Positions 31,242-40,561 of a stretch of DNA of 64,000 nt are shown piece by piece; positions within the stretch are counted from its first letter, which is position 1, and every line of letters starts with the position of its first letter. The translations under genes were made by a program, and so were the position numbers. This DNA comes from an uncultured Chitinophagales bacterium (lineage in GTDB: Bacteria; Bacteroidota; Rhodothermia; Balneolales; HLUCCA01), in the NCBI GenBank assembly GCA_964473555.1, contig CAYYPL010000001.1, forward strand, positions 146,630 to 210,629, written 5' to 3'. The notes beneath the pieces were generated by a model. The model was not told the DNA's origin and searched no databases. It saw nothing but the letters and a program-made list of their open reading frames with translations.

Positions 31242-31904
31242 TCAGTCTTTATGACTCACATACGTTGTAGCATGAAATTTGTTTATATGTATATTAAATA
31301 ATGGTTTACAGATATAATGTGAAAGAGTAAGGCCAATTAAATCACGTGGAAAGGTATTAGGGATATCTTTTTCGTCAACAAGGCTTTTAAACGTGATTTT
31401 TCTCAGTGTTGAATCAAAATCGGCTACAAAATGCGACTTTTTGTCGGTATCGAACACATAAATGGGCTCGATACCTAACTGGACACTGACTTCCTGTATC
31501 AGTATTGGAAGTGGGATAGGCCGAATTTTTTGTGATGATTGATGCAATCCCAGGCTTGATAAAACCAGGTATGTTCTCTTTGGTAACGAATTGATGAAAG
31601 TAGCATTTATGTTAATCCTGTTGTTCTCTTCGATTTCAACTGTTCCTCTTTGAAACCCATTGATGCCGATACAGGGTAGCCCATAGTCAGCAAAAAAGGT
31701 AATCAATCTGTGATTTAGATCCTGGATACTGCGAAGTTGAGCTTCGTGTCTCATCACGCCGGTTTGAACGATTCTATCCGTATAGGCACTGTCTGCATGA
31801 AGGATGATACATTGTTCTGGACTGACCTTTTTGAGTGTTTCGGCAAAGGACTTCAGAAAAAGAGGATTATCCAGGTTTTCGTAGTCTAGGACACAAATGA
31901 ACAT
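31242..31904 (-). CDS. Hypothetical protein (220 aa), no confident family assignment
   Basis: The ORF continues from cdd with a 2-nt gap. I use the ATG at 31904 (MFICVLDYEN...) rather than the longest ORF (32048), which would overlap cdd by 142 nt. There is a weak pattern-level resemblance to the amino-acid-kinase fold, with degenerate glycine motifs. Confidence 0.55.
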   Translation of the reverse strand: MFICVLDYENLDNPLFLKSFAETLKKVSPEQCIILHADSAYTDRIVQTGVMRHEAQLRSIQDLNHRLITFFADYGLPCIGINGFQRGTVEIEENNRININATFINSLPKRTYLVLSSLGLHQSSQKIRPIPLPILIQEVSVQLGIEPIYVFDTDKKSHFVADFDSTLRKITFKSLVDEKDIPNTFPRDLIGLTLSHYICKPLFNIHINKFHATTYVSHKD

Positions 31905-31906
31905 AG

Positions 31907-32614
31907 TTATTTTCTTAGTGGAGATCCGTTGAAGAACGCCGGTAGCAACTGTGCAGCAGTTGTGGCAGACTCTGTGCGGTCTGGATGATATAGATGGATT
32001 GTTTTGTATGGAATATGTTCTACTAAAACTTGTCTGCAAGCGCCACAAGGAGAAATAAATGACCCACTCGATGCGGTAATGTGGATTGATTTCACCTGAT
32101 CAATGCACCCATTGGCAATGGCTTTACAGATAGCAACACGTTCGGCACATAACCCAATTTGCCAGTCTGGATATTCGATGTTTACACCGGTGATCCAGTT
32201 TCCATTGTCAAGTTCCAAAATACAAGCGACCTGGAAATTGGATTCAGCCACAATCGCCTGTTTCATCAGTGATTCGAGCGTCTCTCTGGGTGATTTGTGG
32301 GGTTTGGAAGCTACTTGAAAGACTGGTTTGTCAGGTAATTCATTGATGGAATGTATTCCAAGGTGATGATACTCTACCAGATAATCCAGCCTGTTGTCCT
32401 GAAAATAAGCGGGAAGGTATATGGATGTTGGTTTGTCTGCTTCTGACAAACATGAAAAAATGGCAACTTGAACTGCCGATATCGTTAACGGAAATGATGC
32501 ATTTTCAACTCTGACACCAGAGTAAAGCTCACCGTTTGATCCTTCAACAATACACCACTGTTCAGCGTGTGAATAGGGTACATAGACGTTTTTTTGAGGG
32601 AAGGATAATGCCAT
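31907..32614 (-). CDS. cdd: Cytidine deaminase with tandem CDA folds (degenerate N-terminal domain + catalytic C-terminal domain)
   Basis: The C-terminal half has the zinc/catalytic motifs CAERVAI and PCGACRQVL and ends LLPAFF. The N-terminal half aligns to the CDA fold (VPYS...G.LYSGVRVENASF) but carries SAV in place of CAE and lacks a PCxxC motif. Confidence 0.85.
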   Translation of the reverse strand: MALSFPQKNVYVPYSHAEQWCIVEGSNGELYSGVRVENASFPLTISAVQVAIFSCLSEADKPTSIYLPAYFQDNRLDYLVEYHHLGIHSINELPDKPVFQVASKPHKSPRETLESLMKQAIVAESNFQVACILELDNGNWITGVNIEYPDWQIGLCAERVAICKAIANGCIDQVKSIHITASSGSFISPCGACRQVLVEHIPYKTIHLYHPDRTESATTAAQLLPAFFNGSPLRK

Positions 32615-32619
32615 TCGAT

Positions 32620-33870
32620 TTATTGTAAGATATAGAGCTGTACGATATCAGCAACATCAGATCTTACCTGAGCAATTCCCGATGCGTTAGATCTGTGTGG
32701 AAATGTTCTGTTTGTCAGTATGATGACAACAAGGTTGTTTTCCGGATCTGCCCAAAAGCTTGTGCCAGTGAATCCGGTGTGACCAAAGGTCCGTTTTGAT
32801 GCCAGGGTGCCAGCGCTACTGAAACCATCCATGGATTTCAAATCAAATCCTATTGCTCTTCGGCGTAACGGTGCTTGTCTGGATGTAAAATTCTTGACTA
32901 CTTGCGCCGATATCAACTGATCAGAGTTCACTTGTCCATGGTTAAGCAGGAATTTTGCAAATTTTCCGATATCGGTAGATGTTGAAAAAAGGCCCGCATG
33001 GCCAGCAATCCCATCCATATACCAGGCGCGTTCGTCATGAACTTCACCCACGATACGTTTTTTGCGGAAAACCGTGTCGATTTCAGTGGGAAGTACACGT
33101 TGAAGATAAGCGGCATCACGGTTTCTGGGATTAAAAGCGGTATCGGTAAGTCCAAGCCGATTAAACCAGTTGTTGTACAGATAGACATCAAATGGTTCTT
33201 TAGTAATTTTTTCGACGATGAGACCACATAAAATTAGGCCAAGATCGCTATACAGGTATTCACCGGGACTCTGGATTAAAGGTTCATTTTTAATAGCCTC
33301 TACGAGTTCTTTTCGGGTTTGAAGCTGGTCAACATAGACCCTGAATGCTGGTAGACCAGACGTGTGAATCAATAATTGGTATATGGTAACCCTTCTTTTC
33401 TCAGGAGTATCAAACTCAGGTATGTATTTTGCTACAGTATCATAGATGTTAAGTCGTCCCTCGTCGTGTAATCCCATCACCGCAAGAGTGGTAGCCATAA
33501 CCTTGGTTATTGAGGCTACATCAAATACGGAGGTCGTATCAACTTGATTAGATTGGTCGTATTCGTAGTTTCCGAATGCTTGATGATAAAGTATGCTATC
33601 CTGATAGATTACCTTCACAACAGCTCCGGGAAACACCTTGTGTTCAATAGCTTTATTAACAGTTGAATCAATTTGCGTAAGCGGTATGCGGACGGCTACT
33701 GGGTTGTTATCCGAAGAAAATGAAGTACTTCTACATCCTGTTGCTGTGAGTGAAAGTAACAGAAAAAAGAATGGTTTGTAAATCTGTCTTGCTTTATGAA
33801 GTCTGTTTGAACTCACACTGTATCTTATTGCATTGCAACCGGTTTGGCCTGTCCCATGATCAAACGGCAA
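32620..33870 (-). CDS. Beta-lactamase-fold serine hydrolase lipoprotein (class C / AmpH / PBP4*-like)
   Basis: SxxK motif ASITKV, YSD (the YxN position) and HTG (the KTG position). Lipoprotein signal FFFLLLSLTATGC. The ATG at 33870 overlaps the upstream gene by 46 nt; an in-frame GTG at 33816 avoids the overlap. Confidence 0.8.
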   Translation of the reverse strand: MPFDHGTGQTGCNAIRYSVSSNRLHKARQIYKPFFFLLLSLTATGCRSTSFSSDNNPVAVRIPLTQIDSTVNKAIEHKVFPGAVVKVIYQDSILYHQAFGNYEYDQSNQVDTTSVFDVASITKVMATTLAVMGLHDEGRLNIYDTVAKYIPEFDTPEKRRVTIYQLLIHTSGLPAFRVYVDQLQTRKELVEAIKNEPLIQSPGEYLYSDLGLILCGLIVEKITKEPFDVYLYNNWFNRLGLTDTAFNPRNRDAAYLQRVLPTEIDTVFRKKRIVGEVHDERAWYMDGIAGHAGLFSTSTDIGKFAKFLLNHGQVNSDQLISAQVVKNFTSRQAPLRRRAIGFDLKSMDGFSSAGTLASKRTFGHTGFTGTSFWADPENNLVVIILTNRTFPHRSNASGIAQVRSDVADIVQLYILQ

Positions 33871-34730
33871 GCTCCTAAGGCGGGTTCAGAAATATCTTTC
33901 ACCCACTGTATGTCTCGAATGGCTTCATTCAAACACGATGTGAGGACATTTTTGAAGTAAGCATTTTTAAAAAGGCCTCCGATTACACAAATAGGTGTTA
34001 CCAGGAATCCAAGTGTTTCAGAAGCTATGGCTACCTGTCCGGCGAGTTTTGTGCAATTATCCATGATGATATTTGCGGCAATACTATCGCCTTTTTGAGC
34101 GGCATCTAGTAAAATCGGCGCAATCTGAGCGGGTAAGATACTGTTGTCGTATATCCTGAGGATGAGGTCTTCGCGGGTTTCGATGTCGAACTTTGATTTG
34201 ATCAGGTCTTCCATCATGGTCGTTTTACCCCCATCCATTGCAGTACAGATGGCAAACAGAGATTCCTGACCGAGTCGATATCCACCTGCCGGATCCCCGA
34301 TCAGATATCCATAACCACCGGCTCTGTCCCAACGATTATCTTTTTTTCCTAGCACCATTGATCCGGTGCCTGTGATGATGAGAATTCCGTTTCCATTCTG
34401 AAAAGCTTCGGCGTGTGCAATGTGAGCATCGGAAGTGACCATGATGGGGAAGTGCTCATAGACTCTATTCAGTGCTGATCGTAGGCTTGTTTGTTCGGCT
34501 TCCCGACCACCACCAGCGATTCCGATTCCCAGGCCTTTGATTTCAGCTGTAGGATGCTGCTCGACAAATGCATCGACCAGGATTTTAACCCGACTGACCT
34601 GGTCCTCGAGTTTCATCATTCGGGCATGGATGGAGTTACCCTGGTCTTTATACATGACATTGAGATCCTTGTCTACAGCAAGTAAAACCGAACGTGAACC
34701 ACCTGCATCAATACCTAACCATACTTCCAT
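33825..34730 (-). CDS. BadF/BadG/BcrA/BcrD-type ATPase (N-acetylglucosamine/amino-sugar kinase-like)
   Basis: ASKHA-fold phosphate motifs LGIDAGGSRS and IITGTGS. 301 aa, typical of GlcNAc-kinase-like proteins. Confidence 0.75.
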   Translation of the reverse strand: MEVWLGIDAGGSRSVLLAVDKDLNVMYKDQGNSIHARMMKLEDQVSRVKILVDAFVEQHPTAEIKGLGIGIAGGGREAEQTSLRSALNRVYEHFPIMVTSDAHIAHAEAFQNGNGILIITGTGSMVLGKKDNRWDRAGGYGYLIGDPAGGYRLGQESLFAICTAMDGGKTTMMEDLIKSKFDIETREDLILRIYDNSILPAQIAPILLDAAQKGDSIAANIIMDNCTKLAGQVAIASETLGFLVTPICVIGGLFKNAYFKNVLTSCLNEAIRDIQWVKDISEPALGACRLIMGQAKPVAMQ

Positions 34731-34793
34731 TGGAGTTTACTATGAGTTCAATAAATAGGCGGAATGTGCCGCTTTCTGTTAAATGACCAAAAA

Positions 34794-37274
34794 TTATTGT
34801 TGAATTTCGGCAGTGGGACTCACTATCATAGTTCGGAGTCTGTCCTGACCGGCTACGTTGCTATGATGCTCAAAGATGCGGTATTTACCGGTTAACCACA
34901 ACTCAGTTTGATCACCAAAGTGATCCGATAATGGATTTCCTGATTGTCCAGTGGGCAATATAGATTCTGATTTGCTCAGGTCGCTCAAATCTATGATTCG
35001 TCGAATGGATGCACCCAGAACCTGACCGTACGGGTCATGCCACTCATACTGCGTATTGTTAACCGTCATGGAGTGTCCGGGTACCGGATGAGGGCCTGAA
35101 CTCAGTACATTTTTTACGATCAATCTCAGCGCTTTAGGTGAAGCAGGGTCTGCCGCAGCCTGGGTAAACAGAGCAGGTCCCAAGGTTAATGTATGTAAGT
35201 TTTCCCATCTCCATTCGGTGGTATTCGAGCCAAACCTATCGTAGAGTTCTTTCACAGACTGTCTCATACTTACAACGATCAGTGAATCACGATAGCTGTA
35301 CTCATTTTGTGTGGTTCGAAGCCAAATAGAGGGTTGATTCAGCAACTGTGTGGTAACACGTACGGGAAAATTTTCTAGCTGAATAAAACTCTGAAAAACC
35401 GGGTCTCCCAGGTTCGCCCTGAACGTGTTTTCAACAAATTTCAGGAAAAATCCCTCATACAAACTGGCTGCTGTCGCACTTTCAGTAAATCTGAAGTCCC
35501 AATTTCTGAGATATGGCAGCGCCTTCTGCAGTAATGTATCAGAGGAAGCCTCAAGTACAGGTAATATGATTGAAGTAATGTCTTTTGCCTGAGGAGAAAA
35601 GACATCATTCTGGAGTTCCCTGTACAGATCTTTGCTATGCAGACGCTTGGAAGATAGCACCTCTTCAATTCTTCGGATGCGTGAATCAGGTTCCCAGAAT
35701 GCCGTGAGGTAGTGGGGATAATCTGCTCCACCAACCGGATTATTCGCATTAGCGATGAAACCTGACTCTGGATTGATGATTTTTGGAAGCTGGTCTGAAG
35801 GAATCGTGTCAGACCATCTATCGGTTGGGTTCCATCCCTGTTTAAATAGTAGTGGAACACGTTGCCTGATTGGAATGGCGCCGGTTGTGAACATGGCGAT
35901 ATTTTGATCGATATCTCCATACATCATATTTAAGGCGGGAACGCTGAAATCAGTCAATGCATTCTGGAATTCTGTGAAATTTTGCGCTAAGGCCATGTTA
36001 CGGAGTGCTCTGAGTTCAAATGAGCTCTGATATCCAGTCCAGTTCATACTGATTAATCTGCCTTCAAAGAGAGTATCGTTTGGATGAATATCTGAAATCA
36101 GAGGACCGTTTTGGGTAATTCGTACTTCATGAAGTATTTCTTCACCTTCTTTCGTTTTGATGATTTCACGATGAATGTCAAAAGGTTTGTAAACGGATAG
36201 GGTATCGACTTTATCGGCCAGGTACTGACCACGATCCATTGGATTGATTTCTTCAACAAAGAAATCGGTGTCATCTGGCATCAAACTGGTAAAAGACCAT
36301 GCATGTCGGTCGGTCTGACCCAAGACCAGGAACGGTGCACCGGCTATGGTTGCTCCAGACATATTCACTCCATCCAGATTGAAATGCACCTCGTACCATT
36401 TACCAGGCATATCTAAACCGAGGTGCGGATCACCGGCGAGTAGTGGATACCCGGATTCGGTTCTGGAACCATCTGCAACCCAGGCGTTACTCCCGATGTG
36501 GGAGCCTTTTTGTCCCATGAGTGCTCGCAACTCGACATCTGTTTGGAGCAGGTTCATAGCTACGTCCTGAAGATCATGGAGATTAGAATCAGGTGTTGCT
36601 GTGGTGGGGGAATTGCGGATTTCAACGTCAAGGGGAGCGTACCATGCGGGGAAAAGTTCTCTGAGAGCTGAAGCTGGAAGCTTGTCTTCCAGGAAGCCCA
36701 ACATGACCTTACTCCACCAGCTCACATTCAGTTCCCATCCCAAAGCCCGGCTAAGCGCCAGGGAGTGACGGGGGGTCCAGGGCATTGGCTTGATACCAGT
36801 CAATGCAAACTCGATCGGAAGTCTGTTGGAATTATTCTCAATGAAACGGTTAATCCCGTTGCTGTAGGCTTGAAGCAGTTGTAAATCTTCGGGCGTTGCC
36901 TGTTTTTCCAGTTCACCTGCAATACGCCAGAATCCAATGGTTCGGGTATACTGATCAAATGGAAGCAGATCTCTTCCCAAAAACTCTGAAAATCGACCTT
37001 CAAGATATAATTGATTCAAGGTTAGTTGCCAAAGACGATCCTGTGCGTGTAAATACCCCAGTGTGGTATACAAATCTTTCTCGTTGGTCGCAAAAATATG
37101 AGGCACCCCGTAATCGTCCCATTTAACGGTTACCTCCTGGGTGATTTCAGGTAGTCTGAGGGTCGTTTCGTAGTCTGGTAACGGTTTATAGAAGGTCCAG
37201 TAAATGGCCATGACCGTAAACGTTGCCCCAAGAATAAGAAGCAACACAAGAAAGCGTACAAGTGATCTGATCAC
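34794..37274 (-). CDS. Penicillin acylase family Ntn-hydrolase (penicillin/AHL acylase-like), membrane-anchored
   Basis: 826 aa with an N-terminal hydrophobic anchor. The internal autoprocessing/nucleophile context GSNAWV is followed by LLAGDPHL, typical of the S45 family. Confidence 0.88.
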   Translation of the reverse strand: MIRSLVRFLVLLLILGATFTVMAIYWTFYKPLPDYETTLRLPEITQEVTVKWDDYGVPHIFATNEKDLYTTLGYLHAQDRLWQLTLNQLYLEGRFSEFLGRDLLPFDQYTRTIGFWRIAGELEKQATPEDLQLLQAYSNGINRFIENNSNRLPIEFALTGIKPMPWTPRHSLALSRALGWELNVSWWSKVMLGFLEDKLPASALRELFPAWYAPLDVEIRNSPTTATPDSNLHDLQDVAMNLLQTDVELRALMGQKGSHIGSNAWVADGSRTESGYPLLAGDPHLGLDMPGKWYEVHFNLDGVNMSGATIAGAPFLVLGQTDRHAWSFTSLMPDDTDFFVEEINPMDRGQYLADKVDTLSVYKPFDIHREIIKTKEGEEILHEVRITQNGPLISDIHPNDTLFEGRLISMNWTGYQSSFELRALRNMALAQNFTEFQNALTDFSVPALNMMYGDIDQNIAMFTTGAIPIRQRVPLLFKQGWNPTDRWSDTIPSDQLPKIINPESGFIANANNPVGGADYPHYLTAFWEPDSRIRRIEEVLSSKRLHSKDLYRELQNDVFSPQAKDITSIILPVLEASSDTLLQKALPYLRNWDFRFTESATAASLYEGFFLKFVENTFRANLGDPVFQSFIQLENFPVRVTTQLLNQPSIWLRTTQNEYSYRDSLIVVSMRQSVKELYDRFGSNTTEWRWENLHTLTLGPALFTQAAADPASPKALRLIVKNVLSSGPHPVPGHSMTVNNTQYEWHDPYGQVLGASIRRIIDLSDLSKSESILPTGQSGNPLSDHFGDQTELWLTGKYRIFEHHSNVAGQDRLRTMIVSPTAEIQQ

Positions 37275-37393
37275 AGTGAGATTTAGATTCTACGTTTGGT
37301 GTGAATTTGGTATTTTGGTTACCAAATATGTTGAAAACACAATTTAATCATTTCCTGTCAAGTAACCTTTTGAATTTCAAGACGGAGTAAAGT

Positions 37394-38629
37394 TTGTCAT
37401 CACAAAAATTAGTGGCATCCGCTGATATCCTGTTGCAGCTGGTGCGAACATACGGAACGCCAACGTACGTGTACGATGCATCGATGATTCAACAGCGCTG
37501 TGATCGGTTGAAAGCTGCATTTCAAGGATTACCCGTATCATGGATGTTCGCAGTCAAAGCGAATGATAATCCGCATATTTTAAAACTGATCAAATACAAA
37601 GGGTTTGGATTTGACACGGTCAGTTTCGAGGAGGTGCTCCTGGCTTTGAAAGTGGGTCAACATCCAGAGCATATTTTCTACACCGAGAACAATATGACCG
37701 ATATGGAGATGGTTGAAGCCATTGAGTCGAAGGTGGTGCTGAATATAGGTTCCTTTTCGCGCTTAGAGCACTTCTGCAGCTCAAAAGGGGCTAAAACATG
37801 TACGATTCGGGTCAATCCACGCATCGGTGACGGGCACCATTCAAAAGTTGACACGGGGAATCAGGATTCCAAATTTGGAATCCGTCTGGACCTGATTCCT
37901 GATGCCTTGCGTGTTGCCTCCGAACATGGAGTCAAACTCACAGGACTTCACATTCATATTGGAAGTGGTATTCAACGTCCAGAAAATCTGACCCAAGCAA
38001 TGAAAGTACTGATCGACATCGGGCGCCAACTCCCGGACCTTCAGTATATCAATTTCGGCGGTGGATTTCCTGTACCGTATCAGCCTGGTGACCAAGAGTT
38101 TTCAATTGAGGAATTCGCCAATGCCGCCACTCCAATCCTGAAAGCGGAGTATGAACGCAGACAGGGGCATATCAGGTTTTTGTTTGAACCCGGACGCTGG
38201 ATTGTTGCTCCAGCCGGAGTATTGTTGACTCAGGTGAATACGGTTAAGGATCAGGGGCGTATTACGTTTTTAGGTACCGACACCGGTTTCAATCATCTCA
38301 TCCGCCCGGCAATGTATGAAGCGTATCATCATGTTGTAAATGTATCTAAAGTAGATCAGCCCACAGTCAAGAAATATACCATTGCCGGTAATATTTGTGA
38401 GTCTGGCGATATTCTGGCTGAAGACCGAATCCTTCCAGATACCGAAATAGGGGACATTCTCGCACTTTGTGATGCCGGTGCATACGGAATGACTATGGCT
38501 TCGAGTTATAATCGTCGGGCATTACCCGCCGAAATAATGCTAGATCGTGACGGATCACATCGCGTCATCAGACCCCGTAAATCCCCACGCCGTGTTGTAG
38601 ATGAATTTATAGAAGAAACTATGTTTTAA
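37394..38629 (+). CDS. lysA: Diaminopimelate decarboxylase
   Basis: YGTPTYVYD, PLP lysine in FAVKAN, HIHIGSG, FGGGFPV, CESGD and GAYG motifs. TTG start. Confidence 0.92.
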   Translation: MSSQKLVASADILLQLVRTYGTPTYVYDASMIQQRCDRLKAAFQGLPVSWMFAVKANDNPHILKLIKYKGFGFDTVSFEEVLLALKVGQHPEHIFYTENNMTDMEMVEAIESKVVLNIGSFSRLEHFCSSKGAKTCTIRVNPRIGDGHHSKVDTGNQDSKFGIRLDLIPDALRVASEHGVKLTGLHIHIGSGIQRPENLTQAMKVLIDIGRQLPDLQYINFGGGFPVPYQPGDQEFSIEEFANAATPILKAEYERRQGHIRFLFEPGRWIVAPAGVLLTQVNTVKDQGRITFLGTDTGFNHLIRPAMYEAYHHVVNVSKVDQPTVKKYTIAGNICESGDILAEDRILPDTEIGDILALCDAGAYGMTMASSYNRRALPAEIMLDRDGSHRVIRPRKSPRRVVDEFIEETMF

Positions 38630-38645
38630 TTATTTATCAAGGAGT

Positions 38646-39509
38646 ATGATGATGAATATCCAGAAAGTCACTGTGATTGGAGCAGGAACCATGGGCAATG
38701 GAATTGCACATGTTGTCGCAATGAGCGGACTATCCGTAGATCTGGTTGATGTCAATCAAACCGCATTGGACAAAGCAATAGCCACTATCGATAAAAATTT
38801 AGGTCGAATGGTCTCCAAAGAGAAGATCAGTGTCCAAGAGCATGTGGAAGTTTTGTCCCGAATTTCATGTTCAGTCGACTTGAAAACGAGTGTGGTCAAT
38901 TCAGATCTGATCATTGAAGCCGTGAGTGAAAATCTCGAGTTGAAGACCAAACTCTTCAAATTGATCGATGAGTCGGCGCCTGCACATGCAATTTTGGCAT
39001 CCAATACTTCCAGTATTTCTATAACAAAACTTGCTACGGCTACTTCTCGTCCTGAGAGAGTAGTTGGGATGCATTTTTTTAATCCAGTACCGGTCATGAA
39101 ACTCGTAGAGATCATCCGCGGGTTTGCGACCTCACAAGGCGTTTATGATACAATCAGATCGTTAACGATTAAATTGGGTAAAGAGCCGGTCGAAGTTCAG
39201 GATTATCCAGGTTTTGTGTCCAACCGAGTACTGATGCCTATGATAAATGAAGCTATTTATTGTGTCTATGAAGGCGTGGCTACTCCTGAGGATGTAGATA
39301 CGGTGATGAAACTTGGTATGGCACATCCAATGGGTCCATTAAGGCTGGCCGATTTTATAGGATTAGATGTGTGCCTGTCGATCATGAATGTACTTTATGA
39401 CGGATTCAAGGATTCGAAGTATCGCCCTTGTCCTCTTTTGGTCAAAATGGTTGATGCAGGCCGCCTGGGCGACAAAACGGGTCAGGGATTCTATTCTTAC
39501 TCCAACTAA
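38646..39509 (+). CDS. hbd: 3-hydroxybutyryl-CoA dehydrogenase
   Basis: Rossmann VIGAGTMGNGIA, plus the HFFNP and PGF(V)xNR motifs of 3-hydroxyacyl-CoA dehydrogenases. Confidence 0.9.
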   Translation: MMMNIQKVTVIGAGTMGNGIAHVVAMSGLSVDLVDVNQTALDKAIATIDKNLGRMVSKEKISVQEHVEVLSRISCSVDLKTSVVNSDLIIEAVSENLELKTKLFKLIDESAPAHAILASNTSSISITKLATATSRPERVVGMHFFNPVPVMKLVEIIRGFATSQGVYDTIRSLTIKLGKEPVEVQDYPGFVSNRVLMPMINEAIYCVYEGVATPEDVDTVMKLGMAHPMGPLRLADFIGLDVCLSIMNVLYDGFKDSKYRPCPLLVKMVDAGRLGDKTGQGFYSYSN

Positions 39510-39529
39510 TCGATGATTCATAAAACTCT

Positions 39530-40549
39530 ATGATAGACCTTAGAAGTGACACCGTAACAAAACCAACGGATGGTATGCGTAAAGCCATGTATCATGCCGA
39601 AGTTGGTGACGACGTGTTTCGTGAAGACCCTACCATGAATGCGTTTCAGCAGAAAATGGCAGATGTTTTTGGAATGGAAACCGGAATTTTTGTTCCGAGT
39701 GGAACGATGGGTAACCAGTTGGCCATCAATGTGCTTACTCTTCCGGGCGATGAAGTCATTATTGATCAGACAGGCCACATTTACAACTATGAGTCGGCCG
39801 CTGGTCCCTTCTTGTCCGGCGTCCAATTCATGACCCTTCGTGGCGAAAATGGTATCATGACACCCCAACTCATAGAAACAGGGTTTCGTGGTCATAACGA
39901 CTGGGATCCCCGGACGAGTGTTATCGCCCTAGAGAATACAACCAATAAGGGCGGCGGAGCTTTTTATTCGAGTCAAAACCTTTTGTCGATCAGAGAGCTT
40001 GCAGACAAAAAGGGAGTAGCAGTACACATCGATGGTGCCCGGGTTTGGAATGCTGCGGTTGCATCCGGATTACCACTTTCTTTTTTTGGTGAAATCGCAG
40101 ACACGATTTCAATTTGTTTCAGTAAAGGTCTGGGTGCACCAGTTGGTTCCATGTTATTGTGCTCGAATGAGTTGAAAAGAAACGCACTTCGTAAAAGGAA
40201 AATGTGGGGTGGAGGGATGCGACAGGTCGGGATTCTTGCCGCCGCTGCCGACTACGCCTTTGAAAATCATTATCCATTGCTTCTAGAAGACCACAGGCGC
40301 GCACGTGAGTTTGCTCAGGCGATCGTAGACCTACCGGGTATATCTATTGAAACAAATAATGTATTTACGAATATCGTTCTTTTTAACGTCACTCATCAAC
40401 CCGTTGGAGAAGTACTTCAAAAACTTCGTGATCATGGTATTGGAATGACACCGTTTGGCCCTGAGACCATTCGGGCTACATTTCATTTTCAGGTAGACGA
40501 TAAGGATCTTTCGAACGTAATTTCTGTGATGCAAAAGTTATTTAACTGA
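39530..40549 (+). CDS. ltaE: Low-specificity L-threonine aldolase
   Basis: MIDLRSDTVTKPT... with DDVFREDPT, SGTMGNQ and a PLP-lysine region CFSKGLGAP. Confidence 0.88.
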   Translation: MIDLRSDTVTKPTDGMRKAMYHAEVGDDVFREDPTMNAFQQKMADVFGMETGIFVPSGTMGNQLAINVLTLPGDEVIIDQTGHIYNYESAAGPFLSGVQFMTLRGENGIMTPQLIETGFRGHNDWDPRTSVIALENTTNKGGGAFYSSQNLLSIRELADKKGVAVHIDGARVWNAAVASGLPLSFFGEIADTISICFSKGLGAPVGSMLLCSNELKRNALRKRKMWGGGMRQVGILAAAADYAFENHYPLLLEDHRRAREFAQAIVDLPGISIETNNVFTNIVLFNVTHQPVGEVLQKLRDHGIGMTPFGPETIRATFHFQVDDKDLSNVISVMQKLFN

Positions 40550-40561
40550 TCGGAGCTAGAT

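Noticed and set aside
31905-32048. N-terminal extension of the 268-aa ORF (31242-32048) overlapping cdd by 142 nt
   Set aside because: The extension is Cys/His/Arg-rich with no structure and overlaps the conserved catalytic end of cdd. An ATG at 31904, 2 nt after the cdd stop, gives a sensible start.
35441-35920. 159-aa same-strand alternate-frame ORF inside the penicillin-acylase gene
   Set aside because: It is out of frame within a long ORF that has clear family motifs. It shows no features of a real overlapping gene.
37275-37393. Possible lysine riboswitch (L-box) upstream of lysA
   Set aside because: The spacer is only 119 nt and is shared with the divergent acylase promoter. That is too short for an L-box, and I could not find the conserved L-box helices. 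Only an 8-bp palindrome (atttggta...taccaaat) is present.
39518-39895. 125-aa minus-strand ORF overlapping the 5' end of ltaE
   Set aside because: It is embedded antisense in ltaE, whose N-terminus (MIDLRSDTVTKPT) is canonical. The ORF has no independent support.
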